Positions 1 through 12,490 are shown, counted from the whole stretch's first letter. The stretch is DNA of 61,201 nt, filler included, from Nemertoderma westbladi (GCA_032718475.1; 3 parts of 3 records of this genome joined end to end with filler, not necessarily neighbours in it), one strand, 5' to 3'. Made by a program: numbers and translations. The notes: generated by a model from the letters alone, not told the origin.

Positions 1-168
1 ATGTGTGGGGAGCAATGGATGGGTGGGGAGCAATTGATGGGTGGGGAGCAATGTATGGGTGGGGAGCAATGGGTGGGTGGCGATCATTGAATGGTTAAGG
101 AAGCAATGAATGAGTGGGGTGCAATGGGTGGGTGTGGAGCAATGGAAGGGTGTGGATCAATGGATGGT
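1..168. repeat. 18-bp G-rich minisatellite (GGGGAGCAATGGATGGGT), left part
   Basis: Tandem degenerate 18-mers; same unit as 8084-9160. Confidence 0.9.
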
Positions 169-197
169 ATTTTATATTAAATTCCAAAATATATTTT

Positions 198-1816
198 ATG
201 CCAGTCAATGACCCTCGTACATCCTGCCATTTCTGCTTTTCAAAATTTAATAAAAAAGATAGGAAAATAGTATGCGATATCTGTAAGAATTCTTACCACC
301 AGCAATGCGGTTCTAATATTACTACTCCATTATTGAATTTATCTCATATTTACTGTTTATTCTGTTACAATGATATTTTTCCTTTTAATACTATTCCGCC
401 CGATGACTATGATATTTTTGAAAGCAATGACATTGATATTTTATTACCCGAAAATTATATGGACTCTAATAGCACTTTTAAAAATATTGACCCGGACCAA
501 AATTTAAATAATATAAAAACAAATTGTCAGTATTATAATGAACAAAATTTTAATAACAAGTTTGATTCTAAAAATACAAATTTTTCAGTGTTTCATGTAA
601 ACTGTAGAAGCCTAAACAAAAATCTAGCGCCTACCTCTGACTTCCTATCATTACTAACCCTAAATTTTGACATACTAACTTTTACAGAAACATTTATTAC
701 AGATGAGACGGATCTATCTTACTTACACATTGACGGCTACTCAACCCCACTTATTACAAACCGAAAATATGGGCTAAAAAACCGAGGGGGGACTGCCATT
801 TACCTTAAGAACGGAATTGACTTTACTGAACGGACTGACATAACTATACCGAACTGTGAATCTACTTGGGTTACTATAAACAGATCTTCAAATAATAATC
901 ACTCCAAAAGACAAATATTAATTGGAACTATTTACCACCCAGACTCGTGCAATACTAACGATTTCATAGATAATTTCAATTCGGTTTTAGCTTCGATCAA
1001 TCAAAATACAACTGACATAATAATAACCGGCGACATGAATATAGATTTATTGAAACGCTCTAACCAAGCCAATAACTATATACAAACTATAGAATCAAAT
1101 GGATTTGAACAAATAATAGACAAAGCAACTAGAATTACACCATACTCCCGAACTTTAATAGACCATATATCAACTAATATTAACAATAAAACAGTATCAT
1201 CTGGAGTTTTCCAAAGCCAACAAGGATCAACTGATCACTTAGCCACTTTTGCAATCATACAAAATTATTCCTGCCACTTTACACAACAAGAAATGAAATA
1301 TGTATATGATTACTCCAAATATAACAAAAATAAATTTATTTCAGACATAAAAGATATTAATAACTGGACATATAACAAAACAACAGTACCCATAGAAAAA
1401 CAATTCGAAATATTTTACTCTGATTTTCAAAATATAACCAATAAACACTTGCCAAGAAAGATCCTAGAAAAAAAAGAAATTCCTAAAAAACCTTGGATGA
1501 CTCCCGCGTTAGTACAATCAACAATCAAGAAAAATGACCTATATGCAAATCTAATTACTAACCCTACATGCGAAAAAGAACAGTTTTATAAACAATACCG
1601 CAATAAACTAACAACAACTCTTAGAAAGGCTGAAAAAAACTACTACCACTCAGAATTCGAGAAACACAAAACAAATACAAAAAAAACATGGCAAACAATA
1701 AACAAAGCACTAAATAAGTCAAATAACTTGAATACTCCAAAAAAAATTAGCATATCAACAACAGTAGGAACCATAAATAAAACTCTCCCAAAAGAAATTG
1801 CCAATGTACTTAACCA
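198..1816 (+). pseudogene. LINE ORF2 N-terminus: PHD-type Cys/His finger plus APE (EEP) endonuclease, truncated
   Basis: CHFC..CDIC..H..C..CLFC; endonuclease motifs HVNCRSL, FTETF, GGTAIY, GDMNID, TLIDH, TDH; KPWMT; ends at the insertion at 1817. Confidence 0.9.
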
Positions 1817-4800
1817 ACACGAAGTGGGGCCTTCGCGCAGCACGTGACTTAAATTTAATTTAAGTACTAATTCGAAAGTATTACTGTATTAGCAAATTTT
1901 AAGCAGATTTCGCCTAATCACTTTTACCTCTTTCATTTCTATTCAGACATTTCTGACTCTAGCGGTATAGTGAGAACTGAAGATGGATTAGGGTCTCCAG
2001 CCCCACAAAGACACAGCCTATGGATGAATAATACATACGTACATCGGCCAAGTTTCATCTTGAATAACGGATAACGAAATGAGAGACGGATCTCACTTTC
2101 AGAAATTTCGTTGTATAGCGGCAGACCGATTAAATCTCCCCCCCCCCCCCCCACAAAGACGCAGCATGTGGTCCAGAATATATGGCAAGATTCAGCTTAA
2201 ACTGATTAAAATCAATGAGACGGGAGAATCTATTCACTTTCAGGCATAAAGTAGTCCTATAGCGGGTGACTGTTGAACTGATTTTCAACAAAACAAATTT
2301 TCAACTTGGCAGCTTTAAATTCGACAAAGTTATAAGCATGTCAACATCATAACGACGACAACGATTTCACTTTCAGACATTTGGCCCTCTAGCGGCAGAC
2401 TGGAGAACTGCAGATGGATTCGCCTCCTTTGAAAGTCACAGCTAATGGTATAATACATATCTGCCAAGTTTCAGCTTAAACGGATTAAAAGCAAAGAAAT
2501 GGGAGGGCATTTAATGTTTAGACATGTGGCTCTCTAGCGGGAGACCATTGCACTGATGGTGTCTGAAAGTCTCTCAAAAATCTCAACTTTTGCTCATATT
2601 GATACCTACAAATTTTCAACTTGGCAGCTTTAAATCCGACAAAGTTATTAGCATGTCAAAATCGTAACGACGACAACGATTTCACTTTCAGACCTTTGGC
2701 CCTCTAGCGGCAGACTGGAGAACTGCAGATGGATTCGCCTCCTTTGAAAGTCACAGCTAATGGTCTAATACATATCTGCCAAGTTTCAGCTTAAGGCTCA
2801 TTCCAAAGTAAAGTACGGGACATTCGTACACAATTTTGAACTTTGATTGCCTGTACAATGATATCCACAGCACATATGTGCACAAAATTGTGCTTGGATT
2901 AAACTTTCGAATATCAGCTTTGATTTCGCGACGCTTATGGCGGGACTTAGTCACTTTTGAGAAAACACCAGCTTGTCCAATTAAGGTAAAGTACGGATTC
3001 GTACGAAATGGTTTTTTTTATTTTATGATTTCAATTCTAAAATTTAGCGAATTGTGAGCAGGTACGGTGTTGAGTTGATGTTTAGGATAAAGCTGCATTA
3101 TTAAGCTAAAATAAAAATATAAATATAAGACGAATCGCTGCATTGCTAATTTTTTACAGTGTGGTTTGTGTGGTAAGGTATGGGACATTACCAGGTAAAG
3201 TACGGGACCTGTACGAATTTTATGGTCAAAATGGTATCTTACACTTAACCTAACAGTAAATTCTGGATAATTAGTGATAATAAAGTGCAACTAAGTATTT
3301 CCAACCAAGATATGGATACAAAATGTGGGGCGGCCCACAAATTGACCCGAAGTCTTAGCATATGGGTGCCCTTGAAGAGTTGTATGTCATCTGTCTAATT
3401 TTTGATCGCTAATACTGTATAAATCGGTCATTTTTAGATGAAATTAAACCAAACCTGGTACGTATGAAGTCTGTCAAAAGTTTGGATAGAATCTGAAGTT
3501 TATGGAATGAAAGGTCACATATCAGACAGTCTGTCTGTTGGTACCGATAGTTTCAAAATTTTGATAAAAACCGAAATTAGTCCGTCAATCATTGATGAAA
3601 TATAACCAAACTTGGTACACATGTAGTCTGTAAAAAGTATAGAAATTTTTTCCATTATTTCTCTGAAAATGTATCAATTACTGTACTTACCGATCTTCTT
3701 ATCTGCTAAAAACCTAAATTTTTTGAAATTTGTTGTAAAGTACGGGACTTTACATGCATAAACTCAAAGATTAGTTAACTGAGGAATGATTCTTAGTTCA
3801 AATATATACTTCTATGCTTCCCCCTACTATCACCCTAAAGCATTATAACACTCCTGCCCTCCAGGTTTCATATATTACATTAATACAGTGCACTAAATGT
3901 AATCGCCATTATAATGGTAAAGTATGGGACAATTTTCAATTGGCCGTCATGATGTTGCTGAGGGGGTAGATTATGAAACTACAGGTAATTGTTTCTTAAG
4001 ATGACGCAACACAAACGAGCTTTGCATTCCACTGGGTGATTGGGCTTAGTTAGACTACTTCTCTGTGTATAAATTAAAAATTTCACTATTTTTTGGTAAA
4101 GTATGGGACTTTACATGCATAAACCCAAAGATTTCTTGACTGAGGAATGATTCTCAGTTCAAATATAGACTCCTATTCTTACGGCCGACTATGACCTTAG
4201 AGTGTTATATCACTCATGGCTTCACATATTACATTAATACAGTGCACTAATATAATCGCCATTTTAATGGTAAAGTATGGGACAATTTTCAATTGGCCGC
4301 CATGAAAATTCTGAGGGAGTGAAGAGGAAACTAATTGTTTTATACGATGACGCAACACAAACGTGCTTTGCATTCCACTGGGTGATTAGGCTGAGTTACA
4401 TCTCTGTGAATAAACTAAAAATTTCACTATTTTAGGTAAAGTATGGGACATCATAAGATTAACTTTATCGATTTCATTACAGAGGAATGAAACACTGGTG
4501 AAATTAAATGAAACCAAAAAAATTCGAAAATGGGTTTGTTTTTGATTTGGTACATGCTCAGAAATGTTAATTTATTGGTCATAGGAAGTGCCTACAGGAA
4601 ACGAAACTTTTGCACACTTTTATTCACATTTTGTGCAGAGCAGGTGCATAATTTGTAATTCGACTATTTTTGATAAACCACCTGTGTTGATACAATTTTT
4701 AGCACTGAATTCATGAAGTACGATAAATTTTGACCTAAAATAAGTATAAATTCAAAGCTACATCACATTTTTAGAAATTAGTGGGGAGGTTGACCTTTTC

Positions 4801-5950
4801 ATGGAATGAGCCTTAAACGGATTAAAAGCAAAGAAATGGGAGGGCATTTAATGTTTAGACATGTGGCTCTCTAGCGGGAGACCATTGCACTGATGGTGTC
4901 TGAAAGTCTCTCAAAAATCTCAACTTTTGCTCATATTGATACCTACAAATTTTCAACTTGGCAGCTTTAAATTCGACAAAGTTATTAGCATGTCAAAATC
5001 GTAACGACGACAACGATTTCACTTTCAGACCTTTGGCCCTCTAGCGGCAGACTGGTGAACTGCAGATGGATTCGCCTCCTTTGAAAGTCACAGCTAATGG
5101 TCTAATACATATCTGCCAAGTTTCAGCTTAAACGGATTAAAAGCAAAGAAATGGGAGGGCATTTAATGTTTAGACATGTGGCCCTCTAGCGGGAGACCAT
5201 TGCACTGATGGTGTCTGAAAGTCTCTCAAAAATCTCAACTTTTGCTCATATTGATACCTACAAATTTTCAACTTGGCAGCTTTAAATCCGACAAAGTTAT
5301 TAGCATGTCAAAATCGTAACGACGACAACGATTTCACTTTCAGACCTTTGGCCCTCTAGCGGCAGACTGGAGAACTGCAGATGGATTCGCCTCCTTTGAA
5401 AGTCACAGCTAATGGTCTAATACATATCTGCCAAGTTTCAGCTTAAACGGATTAAAAGCAAAGAAATGGGAGGGCATTTAATGTTTAGACATGTGGCTCT
5501 CTAGCGGGAGACCATTGCACTGATGGTGTCTGAAAGTCTCTCAAAAATCTCAACTTTTGCTCATATTGATACCTACAAATTTTCAACTAGGCAGCTTTAA
5601 ATCCGACAAAGTTATTAGCATGTCAAAATCGTAACGACGACAACTATTTCACTTTCAGACCTTTGGCCCTCTAGCGGCAGACTGGAGAACTGCAGATGGA
5701 TTCGCCTCCTTTGAAAGTCACAGCTAATGGTCTAATACATATCTGCCAAGTTTCAGCTTAAACGGATTAAAAGCAAAGAAATGGGAGGGCATTTAATGTT
5801 TAGACATGTGGCCCTCTAGCGGGAGACCATTGCACTGATGGTGTCTGAAAGTCTCTCAAAATTCTCAACTTTAGCTCATATTGATACCTACAAATTTTCA
5901 ACTTGGCAGCTTTAAATCCGACAAAGTTATTAGCATGTCAAAATCGTAAC
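1817..5950 (-). mobile_element. Helentron/DINE-1-like non-autonomous element (HINE), copy 1, one end lost, with a 315-bp tandem array
   Basis: Terminus ACACGAAGTGGGGCCTTCGCGCAGCACG shared with 6173, 18775 and 28285; 315-bp period (2295/2610, 4947/5262). Confidence 0.75.
2795..4812. mobile_element. Kolobok-like non-autonomous DNA transposon nested in the HINE array
   Basis: TTAA at 2791-2794 and 4813-4816; TIR GGCTCATTCCA/TGGAATGAGCC; the HINE unit resumes exactly after it. Confidence 0.8.
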
Positions 5951-6175
5951 GATTACCCACTCAGATTAAAAATAAATAAAATAATTCGTGCAATAACATT
6001 TAATCATTACCAAGCTCATTCAAACCCAATCTATAAATTTCTGGAAATATTACCAATAGAAAAGTTACATATATTGGAAACATCAAAATTAATGTGGGAA
6101 ATAAAAAACTCAAAAAAACAATCTTTTATCACGTCACTTTTCTCCCTCCCATCTACTATACATAAGTACACTACA
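5951..6175 (+). pseudogene. LINE ORF2 C-terminal fragment
   Basis: NKIIRAITF..AHSNPIYKFLEILP..HKYTT, typical of the CR1/L2 post-RT region. Confidence 0.8.
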
Positions 6176-7430
6176 CGAAGTGGGGCCTTCGCGCAGCACG
6201 TGAAATGAGTTAATGCTAAGTATCAACTCGAAAGGATTATAAAAACATAGGAGAAGATTTTCCCGGAAAACGTTAACCCTCTAGCGGGAGACTGGGTAAC
6301 TGAAGAAGGAAGGATTAGTTTCCCTACAAAGCCACATCCTATGGTCTATTACATATCTACCAAGTTTCCGATTGACGGATCATAAATAACGAAATGTTGG
6401 AAGGTTTTCACTTTCATACATTTAGCCCTCTAGCGGCATATTAAAGAACTACGGATCGATCACCTTCCTCACAAAGACGAGGCATGTGGTCTAGTACATA
6501 CCGGTACTGTATATTCCAAAATTCAGCTTAAATAGATTAAGATCAAGGAATTCGCAAAGGTTATCACTTTCCTACATTTCGCCCTCTAGCGGCAGACTCG
6601 AAAACTCCGGACCGATTACTGTCCACACAAAGACTTAGGATGTCTTCTAGTACATATATGACAAGTTTCAGCGTAATCAGATCATAAACAACTAAATGGA
6701 AGAATAATTTCACATTCGGGACATTTCGCCCTCTAGCGGCAGACTGGAGAACTGCAGACAGATTAGCCTCCTTTGAAATTTACAGCTAATGGTCTAGTAC
6801 ATACTTCCCAAGTTTCAGCTTAAACGGATTAAAAGCAAAGAAATGGGTGGCCATTTAATGTTTAGGCATGTGGCCCTCTAGCGGGAGACTGGAAAACTTC
6901 GGACCGATTACAATCCACACAAAGACTCAGGATGTCATCTAGTACATATATGACAAGTTTCAGCGTAATCAGATCATAAACAACTAAATGGAAGAATAAT
7001 TTCACATTCGGGACATTTCGCCCTCTAGCGGCAGACTGGAGAACTGCAGACAGATTAGCCTCCTTTGAAATTTACAGCTAATGGTCTAGTACATACTTCC
7101 CAAGTTTCAGCTTAAACGGATTAAAAGCAAAGAAATGGGTGGCCATTTAATGTTTAGACATGTGGCCCTCTAGCGGGAGACCATTGCACTGATGGTGTCT
7201 GAAAGTCTCTCAAAAATCTCAACTTTTGCTCATATTGATACCTACAAATTTTCAACTTGGCAGCTTTAAATCCGACAAAGTTATTAGCATGTCAAAATCG
7301 TAACGACGACGACAACGACGACGACGACAACGACGACGACGACGACGACGACAACTATTTGCATAAATTGACCCACCCCCTAACAGTGTCAATTCGCTAA
7401 GGCTCCGCCAACTTCGTGGCTCGCCCCACA
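6173..7430 (-). mobile_element. HINE copy 2 (diverged subfamily, complete)
   Basis: Same two termini as the other copies; (GAC)n microsatellite at about 7303-7352; roughly 150-bp internal repeats containing CCCTCTAGCGG. Confidence 0.8.
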
Positions 7431-7610
7431 AGATCCGTCACATCAATGAACTATTACATACCACGTACAAGACTGGTTCTAACACAAAGATCACTCAAAT
7501 ATCACGGTACTTTGATATGGAATTCACTTCCCCTGAAAATAAAAGAAAGTAAAACTAAGAAAGCACTTACCCAAAATCTCAAAAAGTCATTGCTAAGCGA
7601 TCTAACTTAA
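7431..7610 (+). pseudogene. LINE ORF2 extreme C-terminus
   Basis: RSVTSMNYYIPRTR..RSLKYHGTLIWNSLPLKIK; continues in frame from 6175 once the HINE is removed. Confidence 0.85.
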
Positions 7611-8083
7611 AATAGAATAAAACTTAAAATAAATAAGTCCTACTGTAGAATAGTATTAGGCCCGATCATCTATTAAACTCATTAAATAAATTTGTATCTA
7701 TTAATAATCGTATATCACATCGCATTAACTGGATATTTCAATTTTTTTTAAAATCTCAAAATGTAATTTAAATATATTAAAATCAGCAGATTGTACGAAT
7801 TAAATTGATTGATATGTAATATTTACAACAAAACGCTCGCCACGGCAACAGGGAACTATACTAGCTTTGCTACTGTTTCCTGTTTCTCATAAATACTACA
7901 ATACTGTAAACAAATATTGGAAATCCAAAACTAGCACTGATCCATATAATCTAAATAACAATAAAACCCCAATTACGCACTGTACCTAAACTGGTGATGG
8001 GTTTATAATACTGAGAGCGTATATTATGATAACGAAACAAATAAATGAACCCTTAAGGGTTCCTTTGATTGATTGAAAAAAAA

Positions 8084-9160
8084 ATGGTTGGGGAGCAATG
8101 GATGGGTGGGGAGCAATGGATGGGTGGGGAGCAACGGATGGGTGGGAAGCAATGGATGGATGGGGATCAATGGCTGGTTGGGGGGCAATGGATGGGTGGG
8201 GAGCAATTAATGGATGGGTGGGGAGCAATGGATGGATGGGGAGCAATGGGTGGGTGGGGAGAAATGGATGGGTGGGGAGCAATGGATGGGTGGGGAGCAA
8301 TGGGTGGGTGGGAAGCAATAGATGGGTGGGGAGCAATGGATGGGTGGGAGGGATGGATGAGTGGGGAGCAATGGATGGGTGTGGAGCAATGGATGGGTGG
8401 GGAGCAATGGATGGGTGGGGAGCAATGGATGGTGGGTAGCAATGGATGGGTGGAGAGCAGTGGATGGGTGGGGAGCAATGGGTGGGTGGGGAGCAATGTA
8501 TGTGTGGGGAGCAATGGATGTGTGGAGAGCATGGGTGGGGATCAATGGATGGTTGGGGAGCAATGGATGGGTGAGTAGCAATGGATGGGTGGAGAGCAGT
8601 GGATGGGTGGGGAGCAATGGGTGGGTGGGGAGCAATGTATGTGTGGGGAGCAATGGATGGGTGGAGAGCAATGGATGGGTGGGGAGCAGTGGATGGGTGG
8701 GTAGCAATGGATGGGTGGAGAGCAGTGGATGGGTGGGGAGCAGTGGATGGGTGGGGAGCAATGTATGTGTGGGGAGCAATGGATGGGTGGAGAGCAATGG
8801 ATGGGTGGGGATCAATGGATGGTTGGGGAGCAATGGATGGGTGAGTAGCAATGGATGGGTGGAGAGCAGTGGATGGGTGGGGAGCAATGGGTGGGTGGGG
8901 AGCAATGTATGTGTGGGGAGCAATGGATGGGTGGAGAGCAATGTATGGGTGGGGAGCAATGGATGGGTGGGGATCAATGGATGGATGGTTGGGAGCAATG
9001 GATGGGTGGGGAGCAATGGATGGGTGGGGAGCAATGGATGGTTGGGGAGCAATGGATGGGTGGGGAGCAATGGATGGGTGGGGAGCAATGGATGGGTGGG
9101 GAGCAATTTATGGGTAGGAATCAGTGGATGGGTGGGGAGCAGTGGATGGGTGGGGAGCTT
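8084..9160. repeat. 18-bp G-rich minisatellite with higher-order blocks
   Basis: About 60 tandem units of GGGGAGCAATGGATGGGT. Confidence 0.95.
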
Positions 9161-9179
9161 ATAGAAAAATAATTGTTGT

Positions 9180-9655
9180 TTGGCGCCTCGATAGTCGGTT
9201 TACAGACGAGTTATTCTTCTGTATGAGTATACAGAAGAACTCCGATCGACCAGAGATCCACCTTCTCGTCGTGATCAACGTTGGATATCATCTCGCTGCG
9301 GCAGATAATCCAATGTCCCGCAGACAGTGCGACGGGAAGACGAGGGAGCGGGGACACTCAAACCGAAATCCGCTATCGTTATATCCCCCGAAGACTCGCA
9401 GCAGGAGATTCTCGGGTTTTATGTCCCGATGGATAACGTTATGCGGCGTAAGGTTCCTCGAAGCGCTTAACGGGTTGGGATTGCAGCAACTTGTACATGT
9501 ACATCTAGGGGCGTACTCAAGGATAGAGTAAGACTTTAGTGTCATGGTAGAAGTAGCAGTAGAACTTGAGGATGTTTTCGTGGTCAATTTGAGATTTAAT
9601 CTCAATATCACGTTGAACCATGAAAACATCGTCAAGTTGTACGGCTACTTTTACT
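9180..9655 (-). pseudogene. Aurora-kinase-like pseudogene fragment, intronless and frameshifted
   Basis: Across shifting frames: [61 protein letters not shown]. Confidence 0.85.
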
Positions 9656-10165
9656 TTCAAAGAAAATAATATCAATCTCCTTTTGGTGTTCCAATTTGTT
9701 GAACACCTGTTGGTGTTCGGGTATTTTTATACTGTTCTGTACAGTATAGTATTTTGAAATAATCGGCGAGGCATTAAGATGGGAAAGGGAACGTTTAATC
9801 GAGATCGTTTCAAGTGCAATGAATTGATCTAATCAATCAATTTTTCAATTCATTGGACATCGCCCAATCAATTATTAAATTATAAAAACGTAAGCAATCA
9901 ATTAATTGGGATCAATTAATTGCAGCTCAATTATTTTTTGACAACCCTTGAAAGCGGTACCGTTTAGTTCGCGCCAGGAAAACATTCCCAAACTTCCCTT
10001 CCCCAGTTTCCTATCTCGAAATCCTTTACATTAGTTTATTGCAGGTCGTTCGGGTTCCTTCTACTATCTTTGGGTGAAGAGACGAAAACGGTTTGGGTTT
10101 AGGTTTTCACTCGATGAAGTTATGTCATCGCCGGAGGTGGACGCGGTAGTTGTGGCGACTCAGCC

Positions 10166-10236
10166 ATTGTTATATACACATAATGTTATACACATAATGT
10201 TATACACATAATGTTAATATAGCACATAATGTTATA
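10166..10236. repeat. Short 14-bp tandem repeat (TTATACACATAATG)
   Basis: About four copies visible. Confidence 0.7.
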
Positions 10237-11005
10237 TTCTCAATTTTGGGTAAGGAGCAGTATACAGTGACAGATTATTTACAACAATAAACTATACTAA
10301 TAAACTAAAGTCAATAGAACAGGTTTTTTGGGAAAGGTCAGTTGTTATTTGCGTCGCATATCCCCTGGAGAGGGATTCATTTTTATTGCTTCGAATCCTT
10401 GATCAGTACAATGTCACATATTGCAGACTTGATATGGATGGTGTTTTATTCAAAACTTTAGTTAGCAAAGTTTGAACGTGAAGATCGCTTTAATAAAACA
10501 GCTTGTTTTAACTTCTTAAAACAATGTACAATTTCATTTATTTAAGAATGTTATAGGGCATAAAGTGATGACAAATGTAAAATCTCTAAATATACGTAAC
10601 ATGTAATTCTCAGTTATCTATCAAAATGCGCTCTTATAAGTAGTGAAACCAGCCAAGTAATATGAAAAACACTTTGTTAACAATTCTGACGAGTTACCAT
10701 GGCATCTAGAAACTGAAACATATTGCATATTTTACCTTATACTTGATATATTGGTGGTAGACTCTGATTCCAGAACTCTACGACCACTACATATGTATTA
10801 CACCCGTTTAAAGCCCGTTGCTAAGGACATTATCAATACAGCTAATATTGAAGGTCGTTTTCACTTGGTTGCTATGGTATTTAAAAAAAACGAAGTATGC
10901 CATTAAATTCTTCGTATCCAAAATAATAATCTTCCATAAATTGTAACTCGTCATATCTACTATAAGAGCTGTTGCTATGAGGATTTCCTCCGTTGCTATG
11001 TTTAA

Positions 11006-11018
11006 CCCTATTACCACT

Positions 11019-11051
<33 letters not shown>

Positions 11052-12280
11052 ATCGGCCCTTCCTAGTTTCTAGTTGCTGTAACTATGCAACCACATTACG
11101 TACCGGCCCAATTTTTATTGAGAATTAGTCAAATTTATTCTTTCATCTTTTGCAAAAAACGACGTTGCAATTGGATTTCTACTTTTCGATGTGGGTGCCA
11201 CCTCAAAATTTGGTCTCCAGCACCAAATTTTTTGAAATTATAGAATTTTACAAAGTCATTCGTGATTTAGTAATTATTTATGTTTGGGCTATTTTTATTT
11301 ATTTTTATTGGTTTGGATCACTCTAATGCTCTATACAAGTATGTAAGTGTAGTGGTACGTCATTTTTGGAGCACCAAAATTAGGGCGTGGCACTTCAAAT
11401 TTTGAAAAATACGAGATTCGGAAAATACACTAAAGTTTTGATTTGCAAAGCATTTTTATAGGTTTTCTGGAGCGCTGAATCGATTGAAAGTAATATAGAA
11501 GCCTGAAGACTTAGTGGTTCGCCATTTTTGGTGCACCAAAATTAGGGCGAGGCACTTCAAATTTTGAAAAATACGAGATTCGGAAAATACACTAAAGTTT
11601 TGATTTCAAATTATTTTTTATAGGTTTTCTGGAGCGCTGAATCGATTGAAAGTAATATAGCAGCCTCAAATCCTTGGTGTACGTAATTTTCGGTGCACCA
11701 AAATTAGGGCGTGGCACTTCAAATTTTCAAAATTACTTTATTCGGAAAAAACACTAAAGTTTTGATTTCAAAAAATGGCCAACCTCTAAGTCTTCAGGCT
11801 TCTATATTACTTTCAATCGATTCAGCGGCCCAGAAAACCTATAAAAAATGCGTTGAAATAAAAAAATTAGGGGCATTTTCTGAATATCTAATTTTTCAAA
11901 GTTTGAAGTGCCACTTCTTAGGTGCACGAAAAATAGCATCCACTTCAATTTTTGGAAATGGAATATAATCACATTCGATTCAGCGTCTTGAAAAACCTAC
12001 TAAATCAAGCCAACACTGCCACACTATTAGTTTTTAGAAAACGAAAAATTTTGTAATTTTGTCCTGAGACTACTTTTATTTTCATCAAAATTATGAGTCA
12101 CTGCTTATGAAATTTTAACTTTTTAAGGTTTGGTAGTGTTCAGCTATAGTTGTTTTACCAACAGCCCAAATTTTGTATGATTTCATTGGACGATTACAAA
12201 AATATAGTGGGTGGGCCGAATCGCCCCCCCCCCCCCCCAGTAGTGGTGCTAATGGTCAAAACACCCCAGTGGTAATAGGG
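11006..12280. mobile_element. piggyBac-like MITE
   Basis: TTAA at 11002-11005 and 12281-12284; TIR CCCTATTACCACTGGGG; internal repeats of about 165 bp. Confidence 0.85.
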
Positions 12281-12490
12281 TTAAGACCCTCTAAAAAACC
12301 AGTGGAACCGTTTGGTGAAAATATTTTATAATTTCGCATTTCTTTACTAAATATCTATGTGGGGTAGCTCAGTCATATATAAAATACGGGGCCATAGACT
12401 GGAGCCTTTATTAAATGAAAGAAAGAGTTAAGTAAACAGTTATATATAGTTAGCGAGTTAAAACTCAATTTATCGATAGGTGTAGCTGAT

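Larger units (their letters stand above)
169..8083 (+). mobile_element. CR1/L2-group LINE inserted into the 18-bp minisatellite; RT domain deleted; interrupted by two Helentron-like elements
   Basis: ATGGT at 164-168 and 8084-8088 as candidate TSD; (TTGA)n plus oligo-A tail at about 8065-8083; ORF2 pieces at 198-1816, 5951-6175 and 7431-7610. Confidence 0.8.

Noticed and set aside
114-197. N-terminal extension of the 577-aa ORF
   Set aside because: Read-through from the minisatellite; the plausible start is ATG at 198
7986-9172. Many long ORFs on both strands (LLPTHP, GWGAMD, WVGSNG repeats)
   Set aside because: They are translations of an 18-bp minisatellite that happens to lack stops; no gene context
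12359-12400. tRNA-like start GGGGTAGCTCAGTC
   Set aside because: No B box or cloverleaf follows
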